A DNA stretch of 64,000 bases, taken from Patescibacteria group bacterium (GTDB taxonomy: Bacteria; Patescibacteriota; Patescibacteriia; 2-12-FULL-57-11). The DNA is taken from the NCBI GenBank assembly GCA_004297205.1, contig SCUL01000001.1:29862-93861 (forward strand), read 5' to 3'. Positions 12,431 to 22,205 of this stretch are shown in pieces. The position numbers and the translations under genes were made by a program. The first letter of the stretch is position 1, and each line of letters opens with the position of its first letter. The notes under the pieces were generated by a model. The model did no database searches and had not been told where the DNA came from. It saw nothing but the letters and a program-made list of their open reading frames with translations.

Positions 12431-14191
12431 TTATTCGGTGTCCTCTTCCTCGCTGATGCGCAACACTTCTTCAACGGTGGTGATGCCGGCCAAGGCCTTC
12501 AGGATACCATCCTGCTTGAGCGAAATCATCCCTTGTCGGCGCGCTTCGGCGCGGATCTCGTCGGGCTTGGCGCCGCTGCTGATGATGCGCTGCAAGTCGC
12601 GGCTCACCGGGAGAATCTCGGCAATCGAGACGCGGCCCTGGTACCCCGAGTCGCCGCAGGTCTTGCAGCCCTTCCCGGCATAGAACACCAGCTGCCCCTC
12701 GATGCTGACGCCTTCCGGCAGCAAGCTGGCGGGCACGTTTTTCAGGTCCTTGCGCAGCACCTCGACGACCTCCTGCGGGATGTCGGTCGGGGCTTTGCAG
12801 TCCTTGCAAATGCGGCGTGCCAAACGCTGGGCGATGCCGACGTTGATGGTCGCGGCGATCAGGAACGGCTCCACGCCCAGGTCGACAAGCCGCGGAATGA
12901 TGCCGAAAACGTCGTTGGTGTGGATGGTGGAGAAGATCAGGTGGCCGGTCAGCGCGGCATGGACGGCCAGCTCGGCCGTTTCCTTGTCGCGGATTTCGCC
13001 GACCATGATGACGTTGGGGTCCTGACGGAGCAGGGCGCGCAGACCGGAGGCGAAGGTGTAACCGATCTCCGGGCGGATCTGCGACTGGTTAACGCCCTTG
13101 ATGTAGTACTCGACCGGGTCTTCCAAGGTCACGATGTTCTGCCCCTCGGCGTTCATCATGTTCAGCGTCGTGTAGAGCGTCGTGGATTTTCCGGAACCCG
13201 TGGGACCGGACACGAGCACGAGTCCGTGCGGCTGGGAAATTTCCTTCTTGATGATGGCGATGTTTTCCGGACGGTAGCCGAGCTGCTCCAGCGTCGGCAC
13301 GCCGACGGACGTGTCCAAGATACGCATCACGACCTTCTCGTTGTCGACGACCGGGATGGTCGACACGCGGAAGTCGATGACTTTGCCGCCCAGCGTCTGG
13401 GTGATGCGGCCGTCCTGCGGGATGCGCGTTTCGTCCAGCTTCAGGTTGGCCATCACTTTGACGCGGGAGACGACGGCGCCATGGATATAGGCGGGCAGGG
13501 TCAGCGAAGTGCGCAGCACGCCGTCGACGCGGTAGCGGACGCGCGTCTGCTTCCCGAACGGTTCGACGTGGATGTCGGAGGCGCCCTGTTCCACGGCGGC
13601 GCGCATGATGACGGACACCATGCGGGACACCGGTGCGCCCTTGATGACCTCTTCCATCGTGCCTTCGGCGGCTTCGGCGGCCTTGCCCGGGCCCTTTTCG
13701 AACTTGCCTTTGGCGATCTCCAGGGCCTTTTCGACTTCCTGTCCGAATTCCTCATAGCGGCGCAACGCCGCGGCCAGACTCGATTCCGACGTCACGGCGA
13801 GACGCGCCGTCATCCCCTTCCCTTCCGCGTAGAAGGTCACGGCCTGAACATGCGCGTAGTCTTCCGGATCGGCAATCGCCACGGACAGCTGGCTGCCGTC
13901 GACGGCATAAGCCACGGCGCGGTGCGCTTCGGCGATTTCGCGCGGCACCAGTTCAATCACTTCGCGCGGGATGTCCACGTCGCGCAGGTCGACGTAGGGC
14001 AGGCCGAGCACGGCGGCGCGGGCGCGGGCCAGCGCTTCTTCCGGAATGCCGGAGTCCTTGAGGATGCGCAGCTCGTCCGCGGGTTTTTTGGCGATATCGG
14101 CGCGCACCGCCGCGATTTGCGCGTCGGTGGCGTCTCCGGCGCGCTTGAGCGCGTCCAGAAGCGGCGAGGGTTGTGCGGGTGCAGCGGGCAT
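12431..14191 (-). CDS. pilB: Type IV pilus assembly ATPase (GspE/PilB family)
   Basis: Walker A VSGPTGSGKSTT and a tetracysteine (CKDC...CKTC). About 586 aa with GspII_E N-domain. Confidence 0.92.
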   Translation of the reverse strand: MPAAPAQPSPLLDALKRAGDATDAQIAAVRADIAKKPADELRILKDSGIPEEALARARAAVLGLPYVDLRDVDIPREVIELVPREIAEAHRAVAYAVDGSQLSVAIADPEDYAHVQAVTFYAEGKGMTARLAVTSESSLAAALRRYEEFGQEVEKALEIAKGKFEKGPGKAAEAAEGTMEEVIKGAPVSRMVSVIMRAAVEQGASDIHVEPFGKQTRVRYRVDGVLRTSLTLPAYIHGAVVSRVKVMANLKLDETRIPQDGRITQTLGGKVIDFRVSTIPVVDNEKVVMRILDTSVGVPTLEQLGYRPENIAIIKKEISQPHGLVLVSGPTGSGKSTTLYTTLNMMNAEGQNIVTLEDPVEYYIKGVNQSQIRPEIGYTFASGLRALLRQDPNVIMVGEIRDKETAELAVHAALTGHLIFSTIHTNDVFGIIPRLVDLGVEPFLIAATINVGIAQRLARRICKDCKAPTDIPQEVVEVLRKDLKNVPASLLPEGVSIEGQLVFYAGKGCKTCGDSGYQGRVSIAEILPVSRDLQRIISSGAKPDEIRAEARRQGMISLKQDGILKALAGITTVEEVLRISEEEDTE

Positions 14192-14556
14192 CAGGGAGCC
14201 GGTTCGGGTTCAGGAACGGCCGGCGCGGGCACTTCCGGCTCGGGCGGCGGCGCCGGCTCCTCCGCCGTCGCTCCCTCGGCGAGCCGCTCGGAGGCGGCGC
14301 CGGTCGCGTCGCGGAAGGGGTTGGCACGGCCGCGCACCGGCGGCGGCTGGACGGCGGCGGGCGCGCGCAAGGCGCTGAAGCGGGCATCGCGCAGCACGGC
14401 GGCGTCGAGCGTTTCCGGACGGCGGATCGGTGCGGCGTCCGGCGCCGCGCTATCGCGCAGGAAGAACCACCACGTGCCGAAGACGGCCACGGTGGCCACG
14501 GCGACGAGCAGCAGGATCAGCACCGGCCGGGAAAGTTGTGCGGAAGGTGCGGCCAT
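14191..14556 (-). CDS. Small membrane-anchored Pro-rich protein (PilP-like position)
   Basis: TM helix LILLLVAVATVAVFGTWWFFL followed by a Pro/Glu/Ala-rich tail. ATGA-coupled to pilB and pilO. Confidence 0.45.
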   Translation of the reverse strand: MAAPSAQLSRPVLILLLVAVATVAVFGTWWFFLRDSAAPDAAPIRRPETLDAAVLRDARFSALRAPAAVQPPPVRGRANPFRDATGAASERLAEGATAEEPAPPPEPEVPAPAVPEPEPAP

Positions 14557-14557
14557 A

Positions 14558-15151
14558 TCAACGGGCCAAAAGATGGTACGTCCGCAGGTTCAGGCTGTAG
14601 GCGCCGGATTGCTGGAAGGCCACGGCCGTCACGTCGAACAGCCGGAGACTCCCCTCCAGGTTGCGCACGAAGGCCTTGAGTTTGGGATAGTCGCCGCCGG
14701 CCAGTGAAACGGCCACGTCGGTGCCGCCCACGGACGGCAGACCGGCAATGCTGTCTTTGCGCGGATTGGTGTCGACGGCGAGCATCTGGAGACCGGCCAG
14801 GCGCGACAGCTCCTCCAATGCGGTGATCACGGCCGGGACATCCGCTTCCGACGGCAGAAACCGCTCCAGGCGTTCGGTGTCGGTGCGCGAGAGCGCCGCG
14901 AATTGCCGCTGCAACGCTTCGAGTTCGGTGAGCTTGGCCTCGCGCTCGCCGAGCGCGGCCCGCTTGGCATCCACGTCGTATTTTCCGCCGTCACGGAAGG
15001 CGGCAAACACCGGGTGGACCAGACCGAAGTAGCCGGAGGCGAGGATCGCCAGGGCGAGCACCACGGACACGCCCGGCCAGTTGCGGCCGACGGCGTCAAG
15101 CGCCGAGGGACGGCGCGGCGCGGCTTTGAGGGGTCTGATGGGAGCGGCCAT
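14558..15151 (-). CDS. PilO-like pilus assembly protein
   Basis: Single N-terminal TM followed by a coiled-coil (EREAKLTELEALQRQ) and a periplasmic domain. Position after pilN. Confidence 0.6.
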   Translation of the reverse strand: MAAPIRPLKAAPRRPSALDAVGRNWPGVSVVLALAILASGYFGLVHPVFAAFRDGGKYDVDAKRAALGEREAKLTELEALQRQFAALSRTDTERLERFLPSEADVPAVITALEELSRLAGLQMLAVDTNPRKDSIAGLPSVGGTDVAVSLAGGDYPKLKAFVRNLEGSLRLFDVTAVAFQQSGAYSLNLRTYHLLAR

Positions 15152-15166
15152 ATCCTTAAGGACGGG

Positions 15167-16222
15167 TCAGCGCGGAGTGGACGACGCCGTGGCGGCCGGA
15201 GTGAGCAGGGTCGGCGCCAGGGTCAACGTCATGGTGAAGCGCACCCCGCGCACTTCTCCGTTCGGGGCGACGTCGGCGGTCATGCCGCCGGCCTCGACGC
15301 CGCTGATCATGCCGGTCGAGGTGCGGAAGACGACGATCTGCTCGGCGGCCGCGGCGAAGGATTCCGCCAACCCGTCGAGGGTGACCGTGCCCACGGATTC
15401 GCTGCGCAGCTGGGTGAAGGTGACGGTCGGAATGGTGTTGCGTTCCAGATAATCAAAGAAGCGCGTCCACTGGATATGGCCGTCGAGGAGCTTGCGCACG
15501 GCACCAAGCTGCCGGCCGGCACGGCGCGTGCTGACGAGGTTGGCGTCGGCTTCGGCGATGCGGGCGTCGGTCTGGGCGATGACCGCTTCGACGTTTTTGA
15601 TCTCGGCGGTGCGCTGACCGGCCATGGCCCGGGCCACGCCGTAGCCTGCGGCCACGGCGATCACCGACACGATACCGACGGCCACGACGATGCGCAGACC
15701 GCCGCGGCTGCTCTTGACCGGCTTGCCGCCCTCTTCCGGAATCAGGGAGACGCGCAGCACGTGGTCGCTGCCGGCAGGCACGGAAAATTGCGGTCCGGTT
15801 TTGGTTTTGGCCGGCGGGGGCGGCGCAGCCGGCGGTTTGGCGGGCGGCGTCGGTTTCGGGGGGGGCGGCGGCGGGGGCGGCGCAGCCGGCGGCAACGGTT
15901 GCGGCCGGGGCGGTTGGGAAACGGCCGGCGGAGCGCTCATGGCCAGCGGCTTCGGCCCGGGCCCGGGCGTGGCGATCGGCGCGGGCTTGGTCGGCGGCTT
16001 GGCGATCAGCGGCTTCGGCTTGGCGCGGAACAAACGACCAAAGAACCCCGGTTGTTTGACCGGCGTTGCTGCGGACGGAGGCGGGGCGGCGGGCGCGTTC
16101 CCCGGGACGTACAGGGCGAATCCGGGTTTGTCCTTGGTGCGCTTTTTGCGTTCCTCCTCTTCTTTTTTCTTGAACTCCTCAGGAAGGAGCGAAATGCCGT
16201 CAGCCATCGGTGCGACGGTCAA
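15167..16222 (-). CDS. PilN-like fimbrial assembly protein with long poly-Pro linker
   Basis: Cytoplasmic N-terminus, a long Pro-rich tract (PPPPPPPKPTPPAKPPAAPPPP), TM helix IVVAVGIVSVIAVAAGYGV and a periplasmic domain. Follows pilM. Confidence 0.6.
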   Translation of the reverse strand: MTVAPMADGISLLPEEFKKKEEEERKKRTKDKPGFALYVPGNAPAAPPPSAATPVKQPGFFGRLFRAKPKPLIAKPPTKPAPIATPGPGPKPLAMSAPPAVSQPPRPQPLPPAAPPPPPPPPKPTPPAKPPAAPPPPAKTKTGPQFSVPAGSDHVLRVSLIPEEGGKPVKSSRGGLRIVVAVGIVSVIAVAAGYGVARAMAGQRTAEIKNVEAVIAQTDARIAEADANLVSTRRAGRQLGAVRKLLDGHIQWTRFFDYLERNTIPTVTFTQLRSESVGTVTLDGLAESFAAAAEQIVVFRTSTGMISGVEAGGMTADVAPNGEVRGVRFTMTLTLAPTLLTPAATASSTPR

Positions 16223-16248
16223 GAATCACGAGAGCAGTATAGCACGTC

Positions 16249-17310
16249 CTATTCAATATCACGCATCGCCAGGCCCACAGCAACGCTGAAGCGAGCGCCG
16301 ATCTGGTCCAGCACCGGCCGCAAATCAAGCGGGTAGACAACGCGGGCCCAGGGATCGCCGACGTAGGTCTTGATGCCGATGGTCGCGCCGATGGCATCGG
16401 CCAGCCGCGGAAACAACGCCGCGCCGCCGGTCAGGATGATCTTCTCGATCTGCCGCGGCGTTTCGTTCTGGCCGGCGTAGAGGTTCGAGGAGTAACGGAT
16501 TTCGTTGAGCAGCATGGTCAGCGCGCTGTCGAACATCTTGGGCAGGCCGACGTCCGGCATGATCTCGGCCACGGCCTGGGCGTCGATCTTCATCTGCTCG
16601 GCCTGGGAGAGCGGCACGCGCATCGTCTCCGACATGGCGCGGGAGAGCGCCAGGCCGCCGAGGTTGAGCGAGCGGGACAGGAACGGGATGCCGTTCTGCA
16701 CCACGACGATGTTGGTGCGCAACGCGCCCATGTCGATGATCATGACGTTGGCGCGGTCGCGGCCGATCAGCGAGCGGATCAGCGCGAAGGCTTCCGTCTC
16801 CAGCGACAGCAACTGCAGCCCGGCCAGCTTGAAGACGTCGATATATTTCTTGACCAGCGATTTCGAGGCGCCGGTCAGCAGCATGCGCGAGTAGTTGGCC
16901 TTCTTGGCCTCGCCACCGGCGTCCGGAATCGGCGTCGTCTCCAGGATCATCTCCTCGAGCGGCATCGGAATGAGTTTTTTGGCCTGCAGCTCGACCGCGG
17001 CGGACAGCGCTTTGCCCGTGGCCGCCGGCACGGTCACGACCGACGAAAAGACGGACGAGACCGGCAGGCCGGAGACGACTTTGACGGTGCTGGTTTTGGC
17101 GCGCTTGCAGATTTCCCGGAGCAACGCCGCGGCCGCGTCGGGCTTGTCGAGCAGGCTCTCCCCCACTTTGGCCACCGGATGCTCGGCAAAACCGTACGTC
17201 AAAAGCTTGGCGCGTCCTTTTTCGTTCATCAGTTCGACGACTTTGATGCCGCCGGCGCCGATGTCGATGCCGAGGTAGCTTTGCTTGGCGGGTTTTCCGA
17301 AGAGGGCCAT
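16249..17310 (-). CDS. pilM: Type IV pilus assembly protein PilM (actin-like ATPase fold)
   Basis: YLGIDIGAGGIKVVEL... is an actin/FtsA-like N-terminus typical of PilM. Confidence 0.85.
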   Translation of the reverse strand: MALFGKPAKQSYLGIDIGAGGIKVVELMNEKGRAKLLTYGFAEHPVAKVGESLLDKPDAAAALLREICKRAKTSTVKVVSGLPVSSVFSSVVTVPAATGKALSAAVELQAKKLIPMPLEEMILETTPIPDAGGEAKKANYSRMLLTGASKSLVKKYIDVFKLAGLQLLSLETEAFALIRSLIGRDRANVMIIDMGALRTNIVVVQNGIPFLSRSLNLGGLALSRAMSETMRVPLSQAEQMKIDAQAVAEIMPDVGLPKMFDSALTMLLNEIRYSSNLYAGQNETPRQIEKIILTGGAALFPRLADAIGATIGIKTYVGDPWARVVYPLDLRPVLDQIGARFSVAVGLAMRDIE

Positions 17311-17339
17311 GCGTGGAAGATTCGCCCCGAGTATATCAC

Positions 17340-19361
17340 CTATCGCGGCGCGACGTCTGTGAATTTCGGCAGCGACGACACCACGTCGGCCATGCCCGGT
17401 GGCGGATTGGCCACGGCCCGACCGTCATACGTGATGCGTTCCGCAGGCTCCCCGCCCGCGGACGCGGCGCGTTCGAAGTTGAACTGGCGCGCGATCATCA
17501 AGCCGCCGACCTTCAAATGCTGGGTGCTGCCCGCGCCGGTGTAGACCGTGCCTTCCACGTAGTACGTGCCGACGATCTGGCTGACGCTCGCTTCCGACAG
17601 GCTGACCACGGCCGGCACAAGGACGGCCCCGCCCGCCGCGCGCTTGTCCACCACGATCACGCCGAGGGACGCCAGGTTGCGCAGCGTCCCGCCGGGCGCG
17701 CCCGCAGCGTAGCTCAGGTCGGCGTTGATGCTGAGTTTGCCTTCCACGAGGATGAGTCCGGCGCCGCTGCGCGTTCCGGCGGCGTTGCGGAACGCGCGCA
17801 GCGCGTTCACGTCAAGACCGTCCGGGAAGTAATAAACGCGGCCGTCGAGCACGTCCGGCACCTCGTTCCATTCGTCGGGCTGCAGCGTGGTGACGCGGCC
17901 GTAGGCGCCGCGCTTGATCCCGGCGATGTCGAGGCGGCCGAGCGGGCTGGCGTAGTTGGAAGATGCCGTCGGCAGCAGGAAGTCCTCGGGGTTCGGCACC
18001 GGGTCGCAGCCGGCCGTGCCGGAACCAGCCGCACCGCTCTGCACGACGAAGTTGACCGGCGCTCCTCCGCCGGCGGACACCAGGCAGAAGGTGGCGTTGG
18101 CCTGACCGGCGGGCGGCGGGTTCTCGGCGCGAATGCCGCGGCGCGAGTAAATATCCTCGAACAGCGCCTGCAGCCATGGCGTGTAGACCGGCTCGCAAAA
18201 CGTGGGGTTGCCGTCGCCGTCGACCGGACACTGGTTGGGATCGGCCGTCGGCATGCAGCGCAGCGCGTTGTCCACCTGGCAGATGCCCGGGCACCACGGC
18301 GCGCAGGAGGAGTCGAGGCAGTCGATGTCGCCGTCGACGTCGTTGTCGTTCACGTCGGAACAGGCCACCTGCTCCAGGCCGGCGCCGAAGACGAAGGCTT
18401 CTTCGTTTGCACAGACGCCGACGCCCAGACAATCCGTGTCCGCGCAGTCCACGCCGGAGGTCGGCTGGTCGTCGTAGTTGCCGAAGCCGTTGTCGACGTC
18501 GTTGTCCACGCCGTCGTCGCAGACGAGTTCCGTCGAGGGGCAGCCGTAAGCATCCTGATGCCAGCAGGTGTCGTTGTCGGCATCCAGCAGGTTGTCGGCG
18601 CAGTCGGTCCGGCCGTCGCCGTCGTTGTCGTTGGTGTCCGTGCACTCGGCCGGGGACGATTCGGGGCCGCAGGTGACGCCGCCCGGACCGGCCACGCCCA
18701 GGCAGTCGGTGTCCGCGCAGTCGACGCGGCCGTCCAGGTCGTTGTCGAGGCCGTCGGCGCAGAGCGTCTCGTTGGTCACGAGCGTGGCCGTGGAAAAATC
18801 GATCCAGCCGACGCCGGTGCCGTCGTCGTTGCCGTTCCAGGCGAACCCGGTGACCGTGCCGGTCCCCAGATTCATGGTCACGAAGTACTCGCCGCAACCG
18901 ACCGGTCCGCTGTTGTCGCAGTTCAGGGACACCCAACCGCGGCCCTTGAGCGACGGGATGTAGGCCCAGCCATGCACCTCATAATCGGCCGCCACCCAGG
19001 CGTAGACGCTGCCTCCGGGTTGCGTCGGCGCCGAGGCGTACGGGTTGCAGGTCTGACCGAAGCACATCCACCCCACGTTCTTGGACCAGGCCCAGCCCTT
19101 GATGCTGTAGCCGGTGGCGCCGCCGTACTGCCCGCTCACGGTATCCGCGATGTCCACGCCGTACTCCGGCGGACAGCCGCCGCCGGTGACGCAGTTCACG
19201 GAAAACCAGCCGACGCGCTCGCTCCACAACCACCCGCGCAGCCGGTCGCCGTCCGAGGCTCCCGCAGTCGACGCAAAAACCGCCGTGCCGAGCAGCACGA
19301 GGGTGCACGCCAACAATGCGGTGCGCCATGTCCTCCGCATGGCATCAGTATACCACGTCAA
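17340..19361 (-). CDS. Secreted 673-aa repeat protein: N-terminal aromatic GW...N.GW..F repeats plus Asp/Cys-rich calcium-binding-like repeats
   Basis: Signal peptide [28 protein letters not shown]. Four GWxWSxxVGWxxxNC-type repeats and four D-x-D-N-D-x-D-G-x-x-D-C-A-D-x-D-C units (MopE/TSP3-like). First gene of the pilus operon. Confidence 0.7.
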   Translation of the reverse strand: MTWYTDAMRRTWRTALLACTLVLLGTAVFASTAGASDGDRLRGWLWSERVGWFSVNCVTGGGCPPEYGVDIADTVSGQYGGATGYSIKGWAWSKNVGWMCFGQTCNPYASAPTQPGGSVYAWVAADYEVHGWAYIPSLKGRGWVSLNCDNSGPVGCGEYFVTMNLGTGTVTGFAWNGNDDGTGVGWIDFSTATLVTNETLCADGLDNDLDGRVDCADTDCLGVAGPGGVTCGPESSPAECTDTNDNDGDGRTDCADNLLDADNDTCWHQDAYGCPSTELVCDDGVDNDVDNGFGNYDDQPTSGVDCADTDCLGVGVCANEEAFVFGAGLEQVACSDVNDNDVDGDIDCLDSSCAPWCPGICQVDNALRCMPTADPNQCPVDGDGNPTFCEPVYTPWLQALFEDIYSRRGIRAENPPPAGQANATFCLVSAGGGAPVNFVVQSGAAGSGTAGCDPVPNPEDFLLPTASSNYASPLGRLDIAGIKRGAYGRVTTLQPDEWNEVPDVLDGRVYYFPDGLDVNALRAFRNAAGTRSGAGLILVEGKLSINADLSYAAGAPGGTLRNLASLGVIVVDKRAAGGAVLVPAVVSLSEASVSQIVGTYYVEGTVYTGAGSTQHLKVGGLMIARQFNFERAASAGGEPAERITYDGRAVANPPPGMADVVSSLPKFTDVAPR

Positions 19362-19768
19362 CGCGCGAGATGGGCGTCGATGGCTTTGTTGACCTCGGCG
19401 TCCGCCTCCGTGTTCTTCTCGCGGCGGACGTGGTGGAAGGTCACTTTCTTAAAACCGGTTTTGACGTTATGGATTTTGAGAAAAATCTGGGCCAGGCCGG
19501 GGTTCTTGACCTTGTACTCCCCGTTCATCTGCTTCACGACGAGCTCCGAGTCCATGCGCATCTCGACCTCCTCCGCGCCCAAATCTTTGCAGCGCTCGAG
19601 TGCCGAGAGCACGGCCGAGTATTCGGCGATGTTGTTGGTCTGCCTGCCGAGGTAGCGGCCGTACGCTTCGATCGTCTCTTTCTCGTCCTTGATGACCACG
19701 CCCAAAGCGGCCGGCCCGGGATTGCCCCGCGCGCCGCCGTCGGTGTAGGTGATGAGTTTCTTATGGGA
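19358..19768 (-). CDS. rnhA: Ribonuclease HI
   Basis: [14 protein letters not shown]...[13 protein letters not shown]...VKGH-like RNase H catalytic motifs (DEDD). Confidence 0.85.
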   Translation of the reverse strand, partial: SHKKLITYTDGGARGNPGPAALGVVIKDEKETIEAYGRYLGRQTNNIAEYSAVLSALERCKDLGAEEVEMRMDSELVVKQMNGEYKVKNPGLAQIFLKIHNVKTGFKKVTFHHVRREKNTEADAEVNKAIDAHLAR

Positions 19769-21515
19769 CATGGGGCCGCAGATCAACGATCTTCAACTGC
19801 AATTCGCTCTTGCCGTTCCATTCGTTCGTGCCGAGCGTGAAGGCGACGTCAATGGTATCACCACTTTTTAACCGCGTCGCCCACTCCCCCATCCGGAAAC
19901 CGATGGTCCGACGCACCGTGCCGTCCTCGCCGCGCACCGAGAGGCGCAGGTGTCCGCCGTCCTTCCCGACCACGCCGAACGAGTCGACGGTGACGCGCCG
20001 CGCCAGAAAACGCGGCTCCGGATTCTTTTCGCCGAACGGTTGGAAGCGTTCCAACGCTTCATGCAGTTCCCAACCGATGTCGGCCAGGCGCACCTGCGCG
20101 TCGAGATGCAACGTCGGCAGCAATTCGGCTTGCGCCAGGAGGGAGGTGGCATGCGCGCTCATCCGTTCACGGAACATCGGAAGCATCTCCGGTTTCACGG
20201 TGAACCCGCAGGCCTGAGGGTGACCGCCGTACTTCACGAAGAGTTCGGGCATGGCGTTCAAGGCCGTCATCATGTCGAATTCGGGGATGCCGCGGCCGCT
20301 GCCGACCCAGCCCGTTTCTTTTTTTCCGAGCGCGAACGTCGGCCGGTAAAACTGCTCGGCGATGCGCCCGGCGACCAGCCCGACGAGTCCGGCCGGCCAG
20401 TCTTCGCCGGCCACGACAATGGCGTGCCGCTCATCCTGCCGCTCATCGACGACCTGCCGGCGCGCTTCCAGCATCATCCGCTCGACCGCTTTCTGGCGGT
20501 CCTTGTTCAAATCCTGCAGCCGCTGCGCGAACGTCGTCGCCTCATCGTCATCCTCCGCCGTGAGCAGCCGGAAGGCATCTTCGGCATGGTGCATGCGTCC
20601 GGCGGCGTTGATGCGCGGACAGATCTGGAAGGCCACCGTCTCGCTGTCCACAATCTTCGGCTTCATCAGTCCCAACTTGTCGATGTGACCGGTCAGCTCG
20701 AGCAGTTTGCGCATGCCCGGGCGGCGATGCTTGTTCAGCACCACCAGCCCGTACTTCACGATGGCGCGCGTTTCTCCCAAGAGCGGGACCACGTCGCCGA
20801 TGGAGCTGATCGCCGCGAATTCCAGCAGCCACTTCTCCCAGCCGAGCGGCATGTCGGCGGTGCGCTCGGGAAACTTTTTGCGCGCTTCGCTCAACAGGGC
20901 GCAGGCCAGCTTGAAGGCCACGCCGCCGCCCGCAAGTCCCTTGTCCGGATACGTTTCTCCGGGCACCAGCGGATGAATGGTGGCGTGTGCCTCCGGCAGT
21001 TCCGCTGGCATGGCGTGGTGATCCGTAATGATGGTGTCGATGCCGAGCTCGTTGCCGCGGGCGATCTCCGCGCGGTTGGCGATGCCGCAGTCGCAGGTGA
21101 TCATCACGGTCGTGCCGCGCGCGGCCAGCATCTCCACGGTCCGCGTGATGATGCCGTAGCCGTCATCCTCGCGGTGCGGCAGGAAGACGTCGATCACCGC
21201 GCCCAGTTTTTTCAAAAGGATGTAGAGGAGCGCCGAAGCGTCCACGCCGTCGGCGTCGTAGTCGCCGTGGATGGTGACGGTCTCACGCTTCTCGATGGCG
21301 CGCATCAGCCGGTCCACGGCTTTCTGCATGTCGCGGAATAGGAACGGATCGTGCAAGGCCGTGGCGTACTGCGGATCCAAAAACGTCTCGGCCGCCTCGG
21401 GCGCGGCGATGCCGCGGCGGTACAGCAAATCGACCGCCACCGGATGCCACCCCGCAAACCGTTCACGCACCTCGCTCGGTGCGGGGTCCGCCACCTGCCA
21501 TCGCCGTTCGGCCAT
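19761..21515 (-). CDS. recJ: Single-stranded-DNA-specific exonuclease RecJ (DHH/DHHA1)
   Basis: HGDYDADGVDASALL (DHH motif), followed by a DHHA1 region and an OB domain. Confidence 0.9.
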   Translation of the reverse strand: MAERRWQVADPAPSEVRERFAGWHPVAVDLLYRRGIAAPEAAETFLDPQYATALHDPFLFRDMQKAVDRLMRAIEKRETVTIHGDYDADGVDASALLYILLKKLGAVIDVFLPHREDDGYGIITRTVEMLAARGTTVMITCDCGIANRAEIARGNELGIDTIITDHHAMPAELPEAHATIHPLVPGETYPDKGLAGGGVAFKLACALLSEARKKFPERTADMPLGWEKWLLEFAAISSIGDVVPLLGETRAIVKYGLVVLNKHRRPGMRKLLELTGHIDKLGLMKPKIVDSETVAFQICPRINAAGRMHHAEDAFRLLTAEDDDEATTFAQRLQDLNKDRQKAVERMMLEARRQVVDERQDERHAIVVAGEDWPAGLVGLVAGRIAEQFYRPTFALGKKETGWVGSGRGIPEFDMMTALNAMPELFVKYGGHPQACGFTVKPEMLPMFRERMSAHATSLLAQAELLPTLHLDAQVRLADIGWELHEALERFQPFGEKNPEPRFLARRVTVDSFGVVGKDGGHLRLSVRGEDGTVRRTIGFRMGEWATRLKSGDTIDVAFTLGTNEWNGKSELQLKIVDLRPHVP

Positions 21516-21589
21516 AGTGGGCGCATCCTAGCAGAGCCTTGAAAAAGCCGCGTTGGGGATAAAAAAGAGAGGCCGCCCCGTAGGGTGCC

Positions 21590-22057
21590 TCAGGCCGCGC
21601 GCTCGACCAGGAACTGGCCGACGGCGTTGGCGACGATGACCGCCTCCGGGGCGCGGATCTCGCCCAGGCTCTTCTGGGCAAGCACGCCGCCCGTCAGCCG
21701 GTCGTAGACGCCGTCCCACTGGAACAGCCGCTCCGACAGCTCGATGTGCAGCCGCCAGATCCCGGTCTTGAAGTGGAGCAGCAGCAGCCCGAGGCCGTCG
21801 GTGCGCGCCGGCCTCCCCGGCGTCATGTCGCTCACCGTGATGCTGAACTCGCACTCCTCCGGCTTGGTGCGCGGAGCGGAGCACCCCAGCGTCACCATGA
21901 AGTTGCCGACTAGGACGTTCTCCGTGAAGCCGCGCATGGTCCTGTCAGGCCCGGGGCCGAACAGTCCGATGGTCAGGCCGGCGTCCCGCGGTCCGGCCCA
22001 GAGCGCCGCACGCACCGCGCGGACTTCCTGCGGTACGTTGATGTCGTCTCGATGCAT
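21590..22057 (-). CDS. Hypothetical protein (155 aa)
   Basis: ATG preceded by GCGAGGAGGG. The ORF continues without internal stops, and no family was recognised. Confidence 0.5.
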   Translation of the reverse strand: MHRDDINVPQEVRAVRAALWAGPRDAGLTIGLFGPGPDRTMRGFTENVLVGNFMVTLGCSAPRTKPEECEFSITVSDMTPGRPARTDGLGLLLLHFKTGIWRLHIELSERLFQWDGVYDRLTGGVLAQKSLGEIRAPEAVIVANAVGQFLVERAA

Positions 22058-22103
22058 GGACCCTCCTCGCTTTCCCCTATCACGTTGAAGCGTCCGCGTC
22101 AAT

Positions 22104-22205
22104 CTAGAACCGGAAGAATGGCAGGAGCATGCCGACGACGGTCATGAGCGCCACGAGCAGCACGAAGAAAACCTTGGCAGCGTGGAACAGCTGTTTGCGT
22201 TTCAT
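22104..22205 (-). CDS. Possible 33-aa hydrophobic micro-protein, ATGA-coupled to lepA stop
   Basis: MKRKQLFHAAKVFFVLLVALMTVVGMLLPFFRF: a basic N-terminus followed by a single TM. No clear RBS. Confidence 0.25.
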   Translation of the reverse strand: MKRKQLFHAAKVFFVLLVALMTVVGMLLPFFRF

